Below are positions 13,918 to 26,800 of a stretch of 64,000 bases of DNA, piece after piece. The stretch is from Ginglymostoma cirratum (Eukaryota): positions 5,669,489 to 5,733,488 of the forward strand of contig JAHRHZ010000095.1 in assembly GCA_024137785.1 (NCBI GenBank), in the 5' to 3' direction. Below the pieces are notes generated by a model that did no database searches, had not been told where the DNA came from, and was given only the letters and a program-made list of their open reading frames with translations. The first letter of the stretch is position 1. Every line of letters begins with the position of its first letter. A program made the translations under genes and the position numbers.

Positions 13918-14131
13918 ATACTTCCAGTGCCCGCCCAAGTTTGGTCTCTTTGCTCCAATTCACAAGGTGATGAGGATCGGCTTCCCGTCCACCACACCGG
14001 CCAAAACCAAGAAGAGTAAGAGGATGGCCATGGGGGTCTCGGCCTTGACACAGAGCCCAAGCAGCTCTTCAATAAGTTCAGTCAGCTCCGTGGCTTCTTC
14101 TGTGGGGGGCAGACCGAGCCGCACCGGGCTG
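13918..14131 (+). CDS. CLIP2: CLIP2 coding exon (end of CAP-Gly 2 plus Ser-rich region)
   Basis: Acceptor gtcgcag; (R)[71 protein letters not shown]; donor CTG|gtaagg; 214 nt, phase 2->0. [17 protein letters not shown] is CLIP2-type. Confidence 0.96.
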
Positions 14132-14139
14132 GTAAGGAA

Positions 14140-14582
14140 ACAAAAGACAAGGAACTGGGGATGCTGTCGATTAGAACCGAACGCAGAAACTGCTGGAGAA
14201 GCTCAGCGGGTCAGGAGTCTCTGTAGAGAGAAAGCAGAGTCAGCTTTTCAGATCCAATGACCCTTCTGTTCTGAAGAAGGCGTACCAGACTCGAGACTGG
14301 GATAACTCCACCGAGGCGAGTATCCTGCCAAGTCAATCTTTCGTTACCCATGTACAGTTTGTGACTTTAGTATTGCATCATTCGGAGTCAGGTACCAGAG
14401 TGTCAGAACCTCTGACACTCCTGTTCTTATCTGTCAGCCAGGGCTCCCTGATGGGACCAGGTTAACAGTCAGGGAACTCGTATTCTGTAAGTTCCACCTG
14501 GCTGACCTTGGTATCGTCAGAAACGTTGACTCTGCTTTGCTGCTAGACCTGCTGAGTTTCTCCAGCTGTTTCTGGTTTTGGG
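14140..14582. mobile_element. Penelope-derived inverted-repeat element interrupted by a solo LTR
   Basis: cagaaactgctggagaagctcagc ... gctgagtttctccagctgtttctg inverted arms. Confidence 0.7.
14298..14519 (-). mobile_element. Solo LTR-like element (TG...CA)
   Basis: Flanked by gagac/gaaac (5-bp duplication, 1 mismatch); a related sequence starts near 63925. Confidence 0.65.
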
Positions 14583-14879
14583 GCTATTAAAATCCTGCTA
14601 ACATTTGGTATCTAAATACAGATTGGAGCATTGGAGTCTTGCTTTTAGTGAAGCTTGGTCTTGCACTGCTGCCTGTGCTGTTAGTCTGTCCATGTCAGAG
14701 CACTCTATTGGAATATACTAGCGCATGTTAAACTAGTATTGGCCTTTAGCCAGATGGTTCTCGTCTTGTCTCACCCTTCCCCAACCTCCACCATAACCTA
14801 ACCTGTATCTTCATGTGTCTCCTACCCCATCAATGCTACCCTTCTTTGGATAGGGATGAAATGCTGTGCAGACCTCTCC

Positions 14880-15340
14880 CACCCCTGGACACACTAAACC
14901 TACTCCTACCCCTAGGCGCGCACACAACCCCACTCCCAGGCACACAACCCCACCCGTCCCACCCCCAGATATACACACCCGCAACCCCCAGATATACACC
15001 GCACCCACCCCCAGGCTCACACCCACTCCCCACTCCCAACTTCCACTCCATCCCCAAGCAGACACACACACACACCTCCCACACCCAGGCACACATACCC
15101 CCCAAGCCGAGACACATCCCTCTGCAGCCAGATATTAACACACATACATTCATACAGACACACACGCACACACGCAGACACAGACAGACAGCCACACGGA
15201 CAGACACGCACACATGCACACGCACACGCACGCACGCACGCACACACCCCTCCCAGCTAAACACACACAATCATGCCGCACCCCCAGGACGCCTCACCCC
15301 CACCCCCAGACACACATACGTGACCCACCCCATTACACGC
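14880..15340. repeat. CA/C-rich low-complexity and (CA)n-like microsatellite
   Basis: acacacac/cccac runs. Confidence 0.85.
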
Positions 15341-15454
15341 CAACCTGTTGCCGTCTGTCTGATTTTTGAGCTTGAGGTGTTGATGCGCAGTTACTCGAAG
15401 ATTGAGTATTACAGACCCGCCATTAGCGTGTCTCTCCCTCTCTCTCACTGCCAG

Positions 15455-15652
15455 CTGACCGAGACATCCTCTCGCTACGCCCGGAAGATCTCTGGCACCA
15501 CCGCCCTGCAGGAAGCCCTGAAGGAGAAGCAGCAGCACATTGAACAGCTGTTGGCCGAGCGAGACCTGGAGCGCGCTGAGGTCGCCAAGGCAACCAGCCA
15601 TATCTGTGAGGTGGAGAAAGAGCTAGCTCTCCTGAAGGCCACACATGCACAG
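15455..15652 (+). CDS. CLIP2: CLIP2 coding exon (start of coiled coil)
   Basis: Acceptor ctgccag; [66 protein letters not shown]; donor CAG|gtacag; 198 nt, phase 0->0. Confidence 0.96.
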
Positions 15653-16463
15653 GTACAGAATCAGGCCAAGGGCGTAACAAGAGGACAGGACCCTCTGAAA
15701 CCAACATCAATCATAACACTCGCCTTTGAAATTCATGAAGTAATATGGGTTCCTGGGACCAGGGCAATAGGAACACAGGCTGTAGGAGCTCGAGTGGTCG
15801 TTCAGTCCCGTTAATCCTACCCTGCCATTTGACAAGATCACGGCTAATCCACATTCCTGCATTACCTCAATATCCCTTTGTTCCAAAAGTACCCTAATAT
15901 TTATCTGTCCACTTTTAAATCAGAATATAACGGAACTGTTACACTGCAGAAAGAGGCCATTCAGCCCATCGTGCCTGCAACAGCTCATTATGTAAACGTC
16001 ATTACCTTGTGACAATCTATAGATCTCTGGGAATTCCAACGACACACCACTCTTTTTAGCTAAAGCGAAAGTAGAACAACCGTGCAGCTTTGTGAGGCCG
16101 TGCAAGTCCTCACAAGCTGTTTGCTTTGTTTGGTTTTGGAGCAGGCCACTCAGCACTGCTGTCTTAAAACCTAAATTCAAAAAAAGACCCAGGAAAAGGT
16201 ACACCTGTTAAAGCCACGGAGGTCACTGTTAGACCAGCTTTTTGATCCCAGATTTTTATTGAATTCACATTTCATTCACTGTGAGGGGGTCTGAACGCAC
16301 ATCCCCAGAACAGTTGCCTATTGCTCTGGCTTCCTAGTGCCGTGACATTACCATAACGCCACAGTCTGCCCCTTATAGGGCTTCACAGATGTACAGCTCT
16401 AGAATGGGATGGAATGGCTCACTTTCTTTTTCACAACTAACACAGTATGACTACACGAATATC

Positions 16464-16798
16464 TTGGAATCCCTACAGTGTGGAAGCAGGCCATTTAGCC
16501 CATCAAGTGTGCACCAACCCTCCAAAGATCATCCCACCCAGACCCATAACACTGTATTTCCCATGGCCAATCCACACAGCCTGCATATCCCTAGACACTA
16601 CGGGCAACTTAGCACGACCAATCCATCTAATCTGCACATCTTTGGACTGTGGGAGGAAACTAGGGCACCCGGAGGAAACTCACACAGACACTGGGAGAAT
16701 GTACAAACTTCACACAGACAGTCGCCTGAGGGTGGGATTGAACCTGGGTCCCTGGCGCTGTGAGGTCAGTAATGCTAACCACTGATCCACTGTGCCAC
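16464..16798 (-). mobile_element. HE1-like V-SINE
   Basis: Reverse complement of head, V-domain and tail (ctgcacatctttggactgtgggaggaaac). Confidence 0.88.
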
Positions 16799-17942
16799 CC
16801 TAATCAACTAGTGCTAATAGACTTCCTTAGACGTGACTCTTCTGTGTGTCATGGATTAGATTTGCATTATCAGTTATTTTGTCAATTAACGCCAGTCCCA
16901 TATGTTGGCTGTTTGACTGAACAGAGTACCAGACATTGCCAATTGGAGTTTAGTTGAACTGTGCACATTCTGTTGACAGAGGATGCTCCCAAAACTAAAC
17001 CCTGAGGATGGATTAAGAGAACCTTTGAGAGCAGCTGAGATGGATTGCTGTGTGCCGGAGAATTGGGAGGGACATCCTTTACGTTCACAACGTTCTTGAA
17101 TTGTAGAGATTTTCTAATCAACATGTTTGGAGATGTTATTTTACACCTCGGGGGCAGGTGGGATTTGAACCCAGGGCCTCGTGGCCCAGAGGGAGTGACA
17201 CTACCGTGGTGCTTCAAGAGCCCTCCTGTCGAATTCTTTCAGGAATGGAGTGTGGAGGATGGCCTTTCCACTCAGAAGCCAATAGAGCAGCCATTTGAGG
17301 ACCTCGTCCTACTATGACAAGCATTCTGCTAGCAAGAGGTGAACCCTCTGATGTGTATCCAGTGAACCCTGGTGATCACCTTGCAATTTCGCTCTTGTAG
17401 CATGTGCAAAGTCAGTCAGCAACAATGTCATCTTCTGCAGAAACCCGCCTTCCCTCCCCACCTGCTTGGGGCCTTCCTTACTGGCATCAGTGGCGCCAAT
17501 CCCTACTTGCCTTCTTCAGACAATAGTGTCTGTGCTGCTTTCCTCTCACTTGGGTGCAGTTCCAGCAGTGGCCACCACCCTGGGTGGTGCTGTTTGAATT
17601 AGAAGAACTGCTGGCTCTCCAATCAGCTTCCGAGCTCAGATCTCCCCCTTAAAGGGCCTAAAGCCTTGAAGGCAACTCATTAGCTGTTGGGCAGGTACAT
17701 GCTCCCACTGGAGATTCTGACAAGCTGCTGAATTGCCTTTAACCCCAGCTTTCCATTAATCTCACTACCACCCCAATAAATTGAGCTCCACTGCATCTCC
17801 TGTTTACTATCAGAGGGTAACATTGCACAGGGTTTTTTGCGATGAACCTTATGAGCATGCAGGACACCTTAGTCCCGGTGAAAATCCGGTTGGTTGAAAA
17901 CCATTCAGATAAGGAGTGACCACCTGCCTTGTTTCCCTACAG

Positions 17943-18046
17943 TACGTGACAGAGGCTGAAATGAACCTACAGATCGTACGAACCAGGCTAAACAACGCTG
18001 AGAAACAAAAACTGGAACTGTTAAACACACTGGAAGAGGAGAAAAG
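17943..18046 (+). CDS. CLIP2: CLIP2 coding exon
   Basis: Acceptor ttccctacag; YVTEAEMNLQIVRTRLNNAEKQKLELLNTLEEEK(R); donor AG|gtaatg; 104 nt, phase 0->2. Confidence 0.92.
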
Positions 18047-18931
18047 GTAATGGGAATTTCCAAGTCAGGGCGTGGAGAAAAAGAGAAAAGGTTACGGGTC
18101 TTGTGAAGGGGAGAGGGGAAGACGAAGGCAACCTGGTAAGCCCAGGAGGCAGCAGGAATGAGGAAGATGTAAAGTTTTAGATTTACTTGGTCCGTTGTCT
18201 GTGCAGAAACTTTTCGTCCAGACAGGATGGTCTCTCATTCACCTCTATTCAAAGGTGAGGACTTGTGTGATTATAGGTTCGAAGAACCAGATAGAAGAAG
18301 ACATAATCAACTGAAGAGAGGAGATTTGCTCTGTTTTTAAACTATGCTGTATAAGACCAGCACTGAACCCAAACAAAGAGTGCATTTGCTTACAGACGAA
18401 TGACAAAGTGGAGATACCTTCCCAGCCTTAACCTTGATGTCCTTGTCCTTTGAGCACAGTAAGACCAAAGAATTGATGATCAACCTGTCTGGTTGGGTGC
18501 TGTTTTGATACCAAATCACACGGTTTCTGGTTTCACCACATTAATTCCAATCAGGATGACTTGTGTTTATACAGTGCCTTTATAGAGTGTCTTTCAAGTC
18601 GTAGACCCACTTTGAAAAAGGTGTAAAAGAACTGGGAAGGATTTTTAAAGAACAGTTTTGGAGAAGGTGAAAGTACACAGAGGTGACTTTAAAAGGTGTG
18701 AAGAAAGTTTTGGTGAGGGTGTAGGGCTCAGAAAGCTGAAGGCTCAGTGTATTCAGTACATTAGCGGGACAAGAAACCAGAACTGGCAAATCAAAACACA
18801 AGAATCAAAGTGATGGACTGACAATAGTGTGGATCTCACAACTACACCTGAGATAGCAAGCTTACTCCTAGATCTCTTACAGTTATTACATTTCAGTAGA
18901 ATAAGATTTTTATTTTGATTAATTTTTGGTT

Positions 18932-19243
18932 CATAGAATCAGTGTGAAAGCAGGCCATTCAGCCCATCGAGTCCCCACCGATCCACTGAAGAGCATTTCA
19001 CCCAGACCCACTGCCCTACTCCTATCCCTGTTACCCTGCACTTCCCATGGCTAACCCACCTAGCATCTTTGGACAATTTATCATGGCCATTCCACCTAAC
19101 TGGCACACCTTTGGACTGTGGGAGGAAACCCACACAGACCGCGGGGACGATGCACAAACTCCACACAGACAGCCACCCAAGCGTAGAATCGAACCCAGAT
19201 CCCTGGTGCTGTGAGGTAGTAGTGCTGAGCTCTGAGCCACCAT
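18932..19243 (-). mobile_element. HE1-like V-SINE
   Basis: Same family, reverse orientation; followed by a CR1 3' tail (+) at ~19255-19415. Confidence 0.86.
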
Positions 19244-19784
19244 GGCTTTTTTATAGTTAAAGATGACATTTGGATAAGTGCATGAATAGGAAAGGTTTGG
19301 AGGGATATGGACTAAACGCAGGCAGGTGGGTCTAGTTTAGTTTGGAAAAATGGCCGGCTTGGACTGGTTGAACCGAAGGGTCTGTTTCCGTGTGCTGTAT
19401 GACTATGAATCTATAGGAGCTGGGGTTTGGGCCGGGAGTGAGTAGCAGAAGGTGAGGCTGAAAAAGTTTCTGAAGTAGCTCTTTCAGTCCCTCTCGCCAT
19501 CTCTGCCATTCGACAAGATCAACTTCATCTATCTGCCTCAACTCCAATATCGCTGATCCATTGACCTCCTTGCCCAGCAAAACCTTACTGATCTCAGATT
19601 AAAAATTTCAATTGATTCTTGACGTCCGCAGCTTTCTGACACGTCAAAGCCAAGATCTTATCTCTTCGGTTTCTACAAAAGAAAATGTCACTCGTTTCTA
19701 GCAAGTCAAAACAAAATATTGGCACGTGTAATGTTTCTGAAGATTTACCGTTCATTTTACGCCTTTGTTCTTGCTACTCAACAG

Positions 19785-19845
19785 GAAAATTGAGGATCTC
19801 CAGTTCCGAGTGGAAGAAGAATCAATTACCAAAGGAGATTTAGAG
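19785..19845 (+). CDS. CLIP2: CLIP2 coding exon
   Basis: Acceptor ctcaacag; (R)[20 protein letters not shown], highly conserved in CLIP1/2; donor GAG|gtaaaa; 61 nt, phase 2->0. Confidence 0.96.
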
Positions 19846-20649
19846 GTAAAAGCATTGAATGCAGATAATGCGATCAGTATCTTTATTGATGAAACATGTC
19901 GGGTTGTTCATCAATAAACCCAAGCTGCCTTTTCCAGCATTGCATTCCCACAATTTTCTTGGTACCATGGCAGTGTTGCTTGGCAGGTGCCCATCAGTCA
20001 AGATAACAAATACAGCATTTAAAAGGCATCTGGGTGGGTACGTGAATAGCAGCAGTTTAGAGGGATAAGGGCCAAAGCTGGCAAATGGGACTAGATTAAT
20101 TTAGGATTTCTGGTCAGCATGGATGAGTTGGACTGAAAGGTGTTCTATGCTGTACAGCTCTATGTCTCTAATTGCTAGTGTTCATCAAAATGTCTTCAGG
20201 TGAATGTATTCTGCTATCCCCTCCACTGAAGTTGCTGCATGCCTAGCCACCATGGCATACAGGAAGATGCTTATTTTTATTATTGAAGGTTTCTGGGTTC
20301 CTGGATATCCCCTTTCAAAAACAGGCCATCACTATGGAACCTTTCAGTACCAAAGCCAGTCATTCAGAAATAAAATGACATGAAAACTGCTGGAGTCATC
20401 CTAATCACCTCAGTCCTTTCCTCGCTCTTTTAACAAAAAAATTTAACCCACTGTAATATGATGGACCTGCAAATGGTTTTATAAATCGGTAGGGTATAGT
20501 TTTTGTTGTTGATTTTGGAAAGGAACAGTCTTCCCAGTTTTCACTCTGGAACAGAGGACAGATAGTTATTACTTCCACTTGAGGGTAGAATTAGAAGTCA
20601 ACGCTTTGCTTTGTCAGGGTGGATTGGAAAGAATAGAGATAACTATGAA

Positions 20650-22830
20650 CACATGTGAAAGTTTGAGTTCGGAGCAGGAGTTGGCACCTCTCTGCTCCGT
20701 TGTTCAAAAAGATCATGGCTATTCTGAATACTTCACATTCCAATAACCTTCCAGCCCCTTGCCTTAAAATGCTTCAAAGACTCCACTTCCACTCTCTTTT
20801 GAGGAGGAGAATTTCAAAGAGTTATCCTCTGTGAGAAAAAAAAGACTCTCCTCATCTTTGTCTTAAATGGATAACCCTTCATTTCTAAATAGTCATCTCT
20901 AGTTCTGGATTCTCCCACTTGAAACATACTTTCCACATCCCGCCCTGTCATGACCCTTCAGGATTTTGTCTGTTTCAGTCAAGTCACCTCCTACGCAGTC
21001 TGTTTAGCTTCCCTCAGAAGGCAACCCTGTCATTCTGTAAATCGTCACTGGACTACTCCCAATGCATTTACATCCTTCCATACAAAAGAAGACCTAAGCT
21101 GTTAACTAGCCAATCTTCTGCCTGTACCAGCAAGTTACTGTCTGCACTAGTTTTCAAAACTTCTGCAATAATCTTTGATGTAGCACCTTATCAACTACTT
21201 ACTGGAAATCTACGTACAGGATTACACTTCCTCTTTATCCACTCAAGGAATTCCAGTAAATTGTGATTTCCCCCAGTTTCACAAAATCATGTTGACTCTT
21301 CCTGTTGATCATGGACATCTTTTGAGTGCCCTGCTGTAATGTCTTTAATAACAGCTTCTGATATTTTCCCAAGACAGATGTTAAGGTAGCTTGGCCTTTA
21401 GTTTTGTTCTTTTTAAATCTCCTTCCCTCTTTTAAAAAAGAAGTTGTATTCAGTATTTTCCAATCAAAGGGAATCTTCCTCGAATCTGGGAATTTTGGAA
21501 ATCTAAGACCAATGCATCAGCTGTCTCGCTAGCCACTTCTGAGGATGAAGTCTAGCAGGACCTGGTGACATGTCACCCCAAAGCTCCGAGAATTTGCTCA
21601 GTCCCACTTCCCTGGTGATTGTAGTTTGATTGAGTTCCTCCCTCCCTTCTGATTCCTGATTTACGGCTATTTCTGGGATGTTGCTTGTATCCTCTGAAGT
21701 GAAAATTGATGCAAAATACCTGTTACAGTCATCCACTTTATTTTCCATTATTAATTTCCCAAACTTGCTTTCCATTGGACCAAAACTCACTTTGTTTTTT
21801 TAAAATTCTTTAGAACCCCTTACTGTCTGTTTTAACAAGTAAACTAGTTTTCTCTGGTGCTCTAATTTCCCATTTTTATTACATTTTTCAGTCATTCTTT
21901 TTTAAAAATAATATATCCAATCTTCTGATATGCCACTCATTAGTGTGCATTGATATGTTTTTCCTTTAAATTTGACAGCATCTATAACTTTTCTAGCATA
22001 CTATGGTATGTGGGTACTCTCCTTGGAACTTTTCTTGCTCTTTAGAATGTATTTATTTTCTTTATTCTAACATAACATCCCTTCAGTATCTTCCACTGCA
22101 TCTCTATTGACTTAAACTTTAAGTTACATTGCAAGTTCACTTAAGTTAACTCAGCTTTCATAATTGTCTTTATTTAAATTTAAAAGACTAGTCTCAGGTT
22201 CACCCTTCTCTCCCTCAAACTGAATGTAAAGTACAGCAAATTTATGATCACTGCTGCCCAGAAATGTCTTTTGGTACGATATCATTAATTAATCCTATCT
22301 CATTGTGCTGGATCAGTTTTAGTATAAATTACATTCTGGCTCCAGAACATGCTGTTCAAAGAAAAGCATTCTATGAACTCCTCGTCTAGGCTGTCTTTTC
22401 CTGTCTGACTTTTCCAGTGTGTACATAGATCAGTGTCCTTCACGATTATTGCGTACCTTTCTGACAAACTCCCACTATTTCTTACTTTCTACTCTGTCTT
22501 ACTCTGCTTATAACTCACTCCTACAAGTAACTTCTTGTATTTATCATTCCTCTATCCCTACCTAAATTGCCTGTAAGTCCTGTTTTTCCAAACTTTGGCA
22601 ATTCCATTCTATTGAGCTGTGCTATCACTATTTAACAGATCCACCCTTCACATTTCCCTCACTCTTGTCCTTCCTACCTGTCACGTACTCTTTAATATGA
22701 GGTCGCACTCTGTGCCATCCTGCAGCTACGTCTCTAGTTGAAATACTTCACTCATTTTGCAAATCTGACCTTGATCATATTGCTTCCATGATTGTTTACA
22801 ATTATAAACTTATTATCTTTGCGCTTTTGT
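20650..22830 (-). mobile_element. Old degenerate CR1 LINE reaching the endonuclease region
   Basis: ORF 21503..21790 YFASIFTSED...SPGP; reverse-strand SDH motif near 22245. Confidence 0.75.
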
Positions 22831-24813
22831 CCCATGCTTCTTTTGTGTATAGATGCATGAAGTCCCTCTTGATTGTCTATTTGAGCTATTTCTTTTTCCA
22901 TTGTCAAACTGCATCGTAGATGGCCCCTGTGTTTAGTAACCCCCTTATTGAGTGCAAAGAGTAACCTGTATACAGGGACCTGTCGAGTACAATGAGTTCC
23001 TGCAATAGAGTTCAGTTTCTATGGAAGTTGCAAACTGGCTTCTATTTGAGGACCTCTTGTGAATGAAGCTGCCTGGAACAGGCACTCACTTATGAAAATA
23101 AAATTCAGTTGTGAAGTCTGATAAAACACAGCCCAAGGTATTTCCTGTTGGAGTTTTGTTCATTAACCAGCATAGATTCGATGAATGACTATCTCAGGAC
23201 GTTCTAAATGAGTCAGGCAGCAAAGAAAATGTTTCTCTCTGTGGGCTTGATTTTATTTTTAAACATTCATGTTGTGCACTTCACTCTGGCTTGCTGCCAG
23301 TTCCTTATTTAAGTCATTGGCTCATGCAGTTTCTGGGGCACTTCACTCTCCAAGCTCCAGTTTTTGATTTTGGCCATTAGGATGACAATGTTCTACAGTG
23401 TAAATAAGCCCAGGACTTGCGATAGTATGGGGAAAGCTCTTGCCTTATCCAAGGTGAGATTCCTTACTCTTAGCATACACCACACATCCCCTTTGCTAAA
23501 AATATCATAACATCCAAAATAATAGGTTTAGTTTTATGCTTGCAGACCCAACGGGCCAAAAGACATTTTCTGTACTGTCCGATCCTACAAACTGCACCCA
23601 AACCTCAGGGCCTAAGGCTCATGGTTGTTTTGTTGAAAATGACACTCCACCTCTGCAACCCCCCCACCTCCCCAACTCAAATTTGATGACACTGATCCCT
23701 CTAGAGAGCCCACGTGTGGTATAACTGCCTTTTTTTAATGATCCATAACAACAGACTGCCCTGGATCTGGCAGTGTTGAGGCTGTGCCCCATGATTGCAA
23801 GGAAGGAAGTTTTCAAATATTCAGAAGATAAAAACCTACTGGAGGGAGAGGTTTTTCCAAGGAGCTGAGAGGCAGCCAATTTGATTCAGAAGTAATTCAA
23901 GATGAAAAGCTGAGACAGAAGTATAGATGATCAGTCTTTTATTCGTTGGTGTTATGCTAACAGTAACTATCAGACTGTGTGTAAATAGTGTTAAAACTGT
24001 CATTTGGGCCAAATGAGAGAGGCTGTAGACAGTGCAAAAGATGAGCATTGACTGTGGAAAATCAGCAATGGAATTTTCCAGGTAAACTCATTTTGATTTT
24101 TCCATGAAGAGATAAGCAGTTTGCATTCACATTGGTTTGCAGTTCTGGCCGCTATTTCTTCCCACTTGCATCATTTTTTGAAAATTACAAGAATGGTTTG
24201 CAAAACCCGCCTTGTTTTACCCCAAGCAAACCATTAGCCTGAAATGTATCAGGAATGGAAACAACACAATTCATGATTTGGGGGATTTTAAAAAATGCAT
24301 CCATTACTTTTGGTATTTCTGCAAGAACGGAGAACAGGAGGGCTATCCTCTGAGTGTGCTTTCACGAGGTAATATGTGGTACTGTGTTGTAAACCGTTTA
24401 TCAGTCTATTGGAAGTCCTAATTGTGGCCTTGCTACTGTGAGAAACTGCAGAGTGCAAGTCCAGTGATTAACCAGTCCCCTGCCAAGGATGGGATGTTGA
24501 GCAAGCTTTGTGTGTTACCTTTGTGTGCGTGACTAACCTGGAAGCTCAAACTTTAGTGTAGAGCCGCTCTAAATGAAATGTAATACCCCCTTTGGATTTG
24601 CTTTGAATGCACAATGTGTAAGATCAGCGGGCTCATTCAGGAGAAATCTTGTCCTTCAGTCTGAATGTTTGACTTTGTAACCTTTTTGCATTTGCCTCCT
24701 TCTTTGTGATTTTATTGTGCTGAGCTGTTACAGTGTCTTTGTGTCTCTTTCTCTCTCTCTCTCTCTCCCTCTCTCTCTCTCTCTTTTTCATCTTCTTCCC
24801 TCGGGACTAACAG

Positions 24814-24918
24814 ACTCAAACAAAGTTAGAGCATGCCCGTATTCGGGAGCTCGAGCACAGCCTGCTGTTTGAAAGGACTAAAGCTGGAAAACTCCAGAAG
24901 GAGTTTGAAGACACTCGG
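24814..24918 (+). CDS. CLIP2: CLIP2 35-aa cassette exon (equivalent of the alternatively spliced 35-aa exon of CLIP-115/CLIP-170)
   Basis: (CT)n tract then actaacag acceptor; [35 protein letters not shown]; donor CGG|gtaaaa; 105 nt, symmetric phase 0. Confidence 0.94.
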
Positions 24919-25939
24919 GTAAAACCAGTTCATGTGCCAACCCCTCCTCCCTCAGTGCCTTTCCCTCAGTCAGTCTCATAGCTTGCCCGAGAATGGCTTG
25001 GCATCACAAAAGCTTTGTTTTGTTTTCAAGCACATTGGCTTTGTTCACGATCTCGCTCCTCACATTGGAAAGGAAAAATGGTGGGCCTGGTTTTCTTTTG
25101 ACATCTGCGTTTTCAGAGCCCTTTTTTTTATTTTTCTGCTTGGCGTTGGTCTGCTAAACATTGCTTGGCACATCATCTAATTCATTGAGTGTGTATCGAG
25201 AAGCTGAGCTTTCTGGTAAATGTGTGGAGGAGCAGCTCCCTGATACGCCCTCACTCCTCACCATCCCCACAACCCCCCCTCATTCACTCCCCCCACTGTG
25301 TCTATGGCATCGGCTGCATGTGAAGCAACTGGACAGACTGTTTGTGTTCAATTGCTGAAAGTGCTGGACAGCAACCACAGACTCAAATCTTATTATCCGA
25401 TTAAAATAGTATAATACCTCTTCAACCAAATAATGAATTTGTGTTAACAACATGGTATTTCGGGCTCATTGGCCACTGCCTCCTCAACTCTGTTCTCAAT
25501 ATTAAGTCCAGCTATGATTAAACGTGACAGCAGAGATAGTTTGCCAACTGTGTGGCATGACATGGGCATCACTGGCATTAATTGCTAGTCGGTGGTTGTC
25601 CTTGGGAAGATAATGGTGAGCTGCTGTTGTCTGTGTGGTGAAGGTAATTCCACAGTGCCGGTTGGTCAAAAGTGCCAGGGATTTTAACCCAGCGATAATG
25701 AACCAAAGATGATATATGTCTAAATCAGGATGGTGTTCAGCTTGGAAGAAATGCAGTCCCCTTATCTTACTAGGTGGAGGCTGCAGCCTTAGGAGGTGTT
25801 GAATTAGATGTTATATTAAGGGAATTTGGCAGAGGGGCATTATGATGAACCCCATGAGACAGGCACATAAAAGCTGGCAGATGTTGGGATGTAAGTGCCC
25901 CCAGACATTAAATTATGAATCTGCTCTCACTTGTAAAAC

Positions 25940-26640
25940 ATTAGAACATAAGAACCAGGAGCAGGAGTAGGCCGTCTGGCCCCTCGAGCCTGCTCCACCA
26001 TTCAATAAGATCATGGCCGATCTTTTCATGGACTCAGCTCCACTTACCAACCCTCTCACCATGAGCTTTAATTTATTTACAGTTCAAAAATCTGTCTACC
26101 TTTGCCTTGAAAACATTCAATGAGGAAGCCTTGACTGCTTCACTGGGCAGGGAGTTCCACAGATTCACAACCCTTTGGGTGAAGAAGTTCCTCCTCAATT
26201 CAGTCCTGAATATGCTGCCCCTCATTTTGAGGCTATGCCCTCTTGTTCTAGTTCCACTCTGCAGTGGAAACAAACTCCCTGCTTCCATCTTATCTATTAC
26301 CGTCATAATTTTGTATGTTTTTATAAGATCCTGCCTCCTCCTTCTGAATTCCAATGAGTATATTCCCAGTCTACTTCATCCAATCTCTTCTCCTAAGGCA
26401 ACCTTCTCATTTCTGAGATCAACCTGCTGAACCTCCTCTGCACCCCCTCCGATGCCAGTACGTCCTTTCTCAAATAAGGAGACCAGAACTATACACAGTA
26501 CTCCAGGTGTGGCCACACCAGCACCCGGTACAGCTGCAACATAACCTCCTTATTTTTAAATTCCATCCCTCCAGCAATGAAGGACAATATTCTATTTTTG
26601 TCTTAATTACCTGCTGCACTTGCAAACCAACTTTTTGTGA
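25940..26640 (-). mobile_element. CR1 LINE 3' fragment
   Basis: TRGHSLK...RRNFFTQRVVNLWNSLP (ORF 26073..26354) and agaacataagaac tail. Confidence 0.9.
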
Positions 26641-26800
26641 AAATATTGAAGCATTAATGATGTCAAAAGTGGCAGGTGATCAGTCTACTCATTCTTCCAA
26701 CACTTCCCCACTGTTCTCCAAAGGGAAAATATGAAACAATGCAACAAAACCTGGCCAATGATCAGGATAAAATGGCATAAAAATTATGGGGAAGGATGCC

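Noticed and set aside
14813-15814. 333-aa ORF
   Set aside because: Only 15455-15652 is a real exon; the rest is CA-rich low-complexity intron that happens to lack stops
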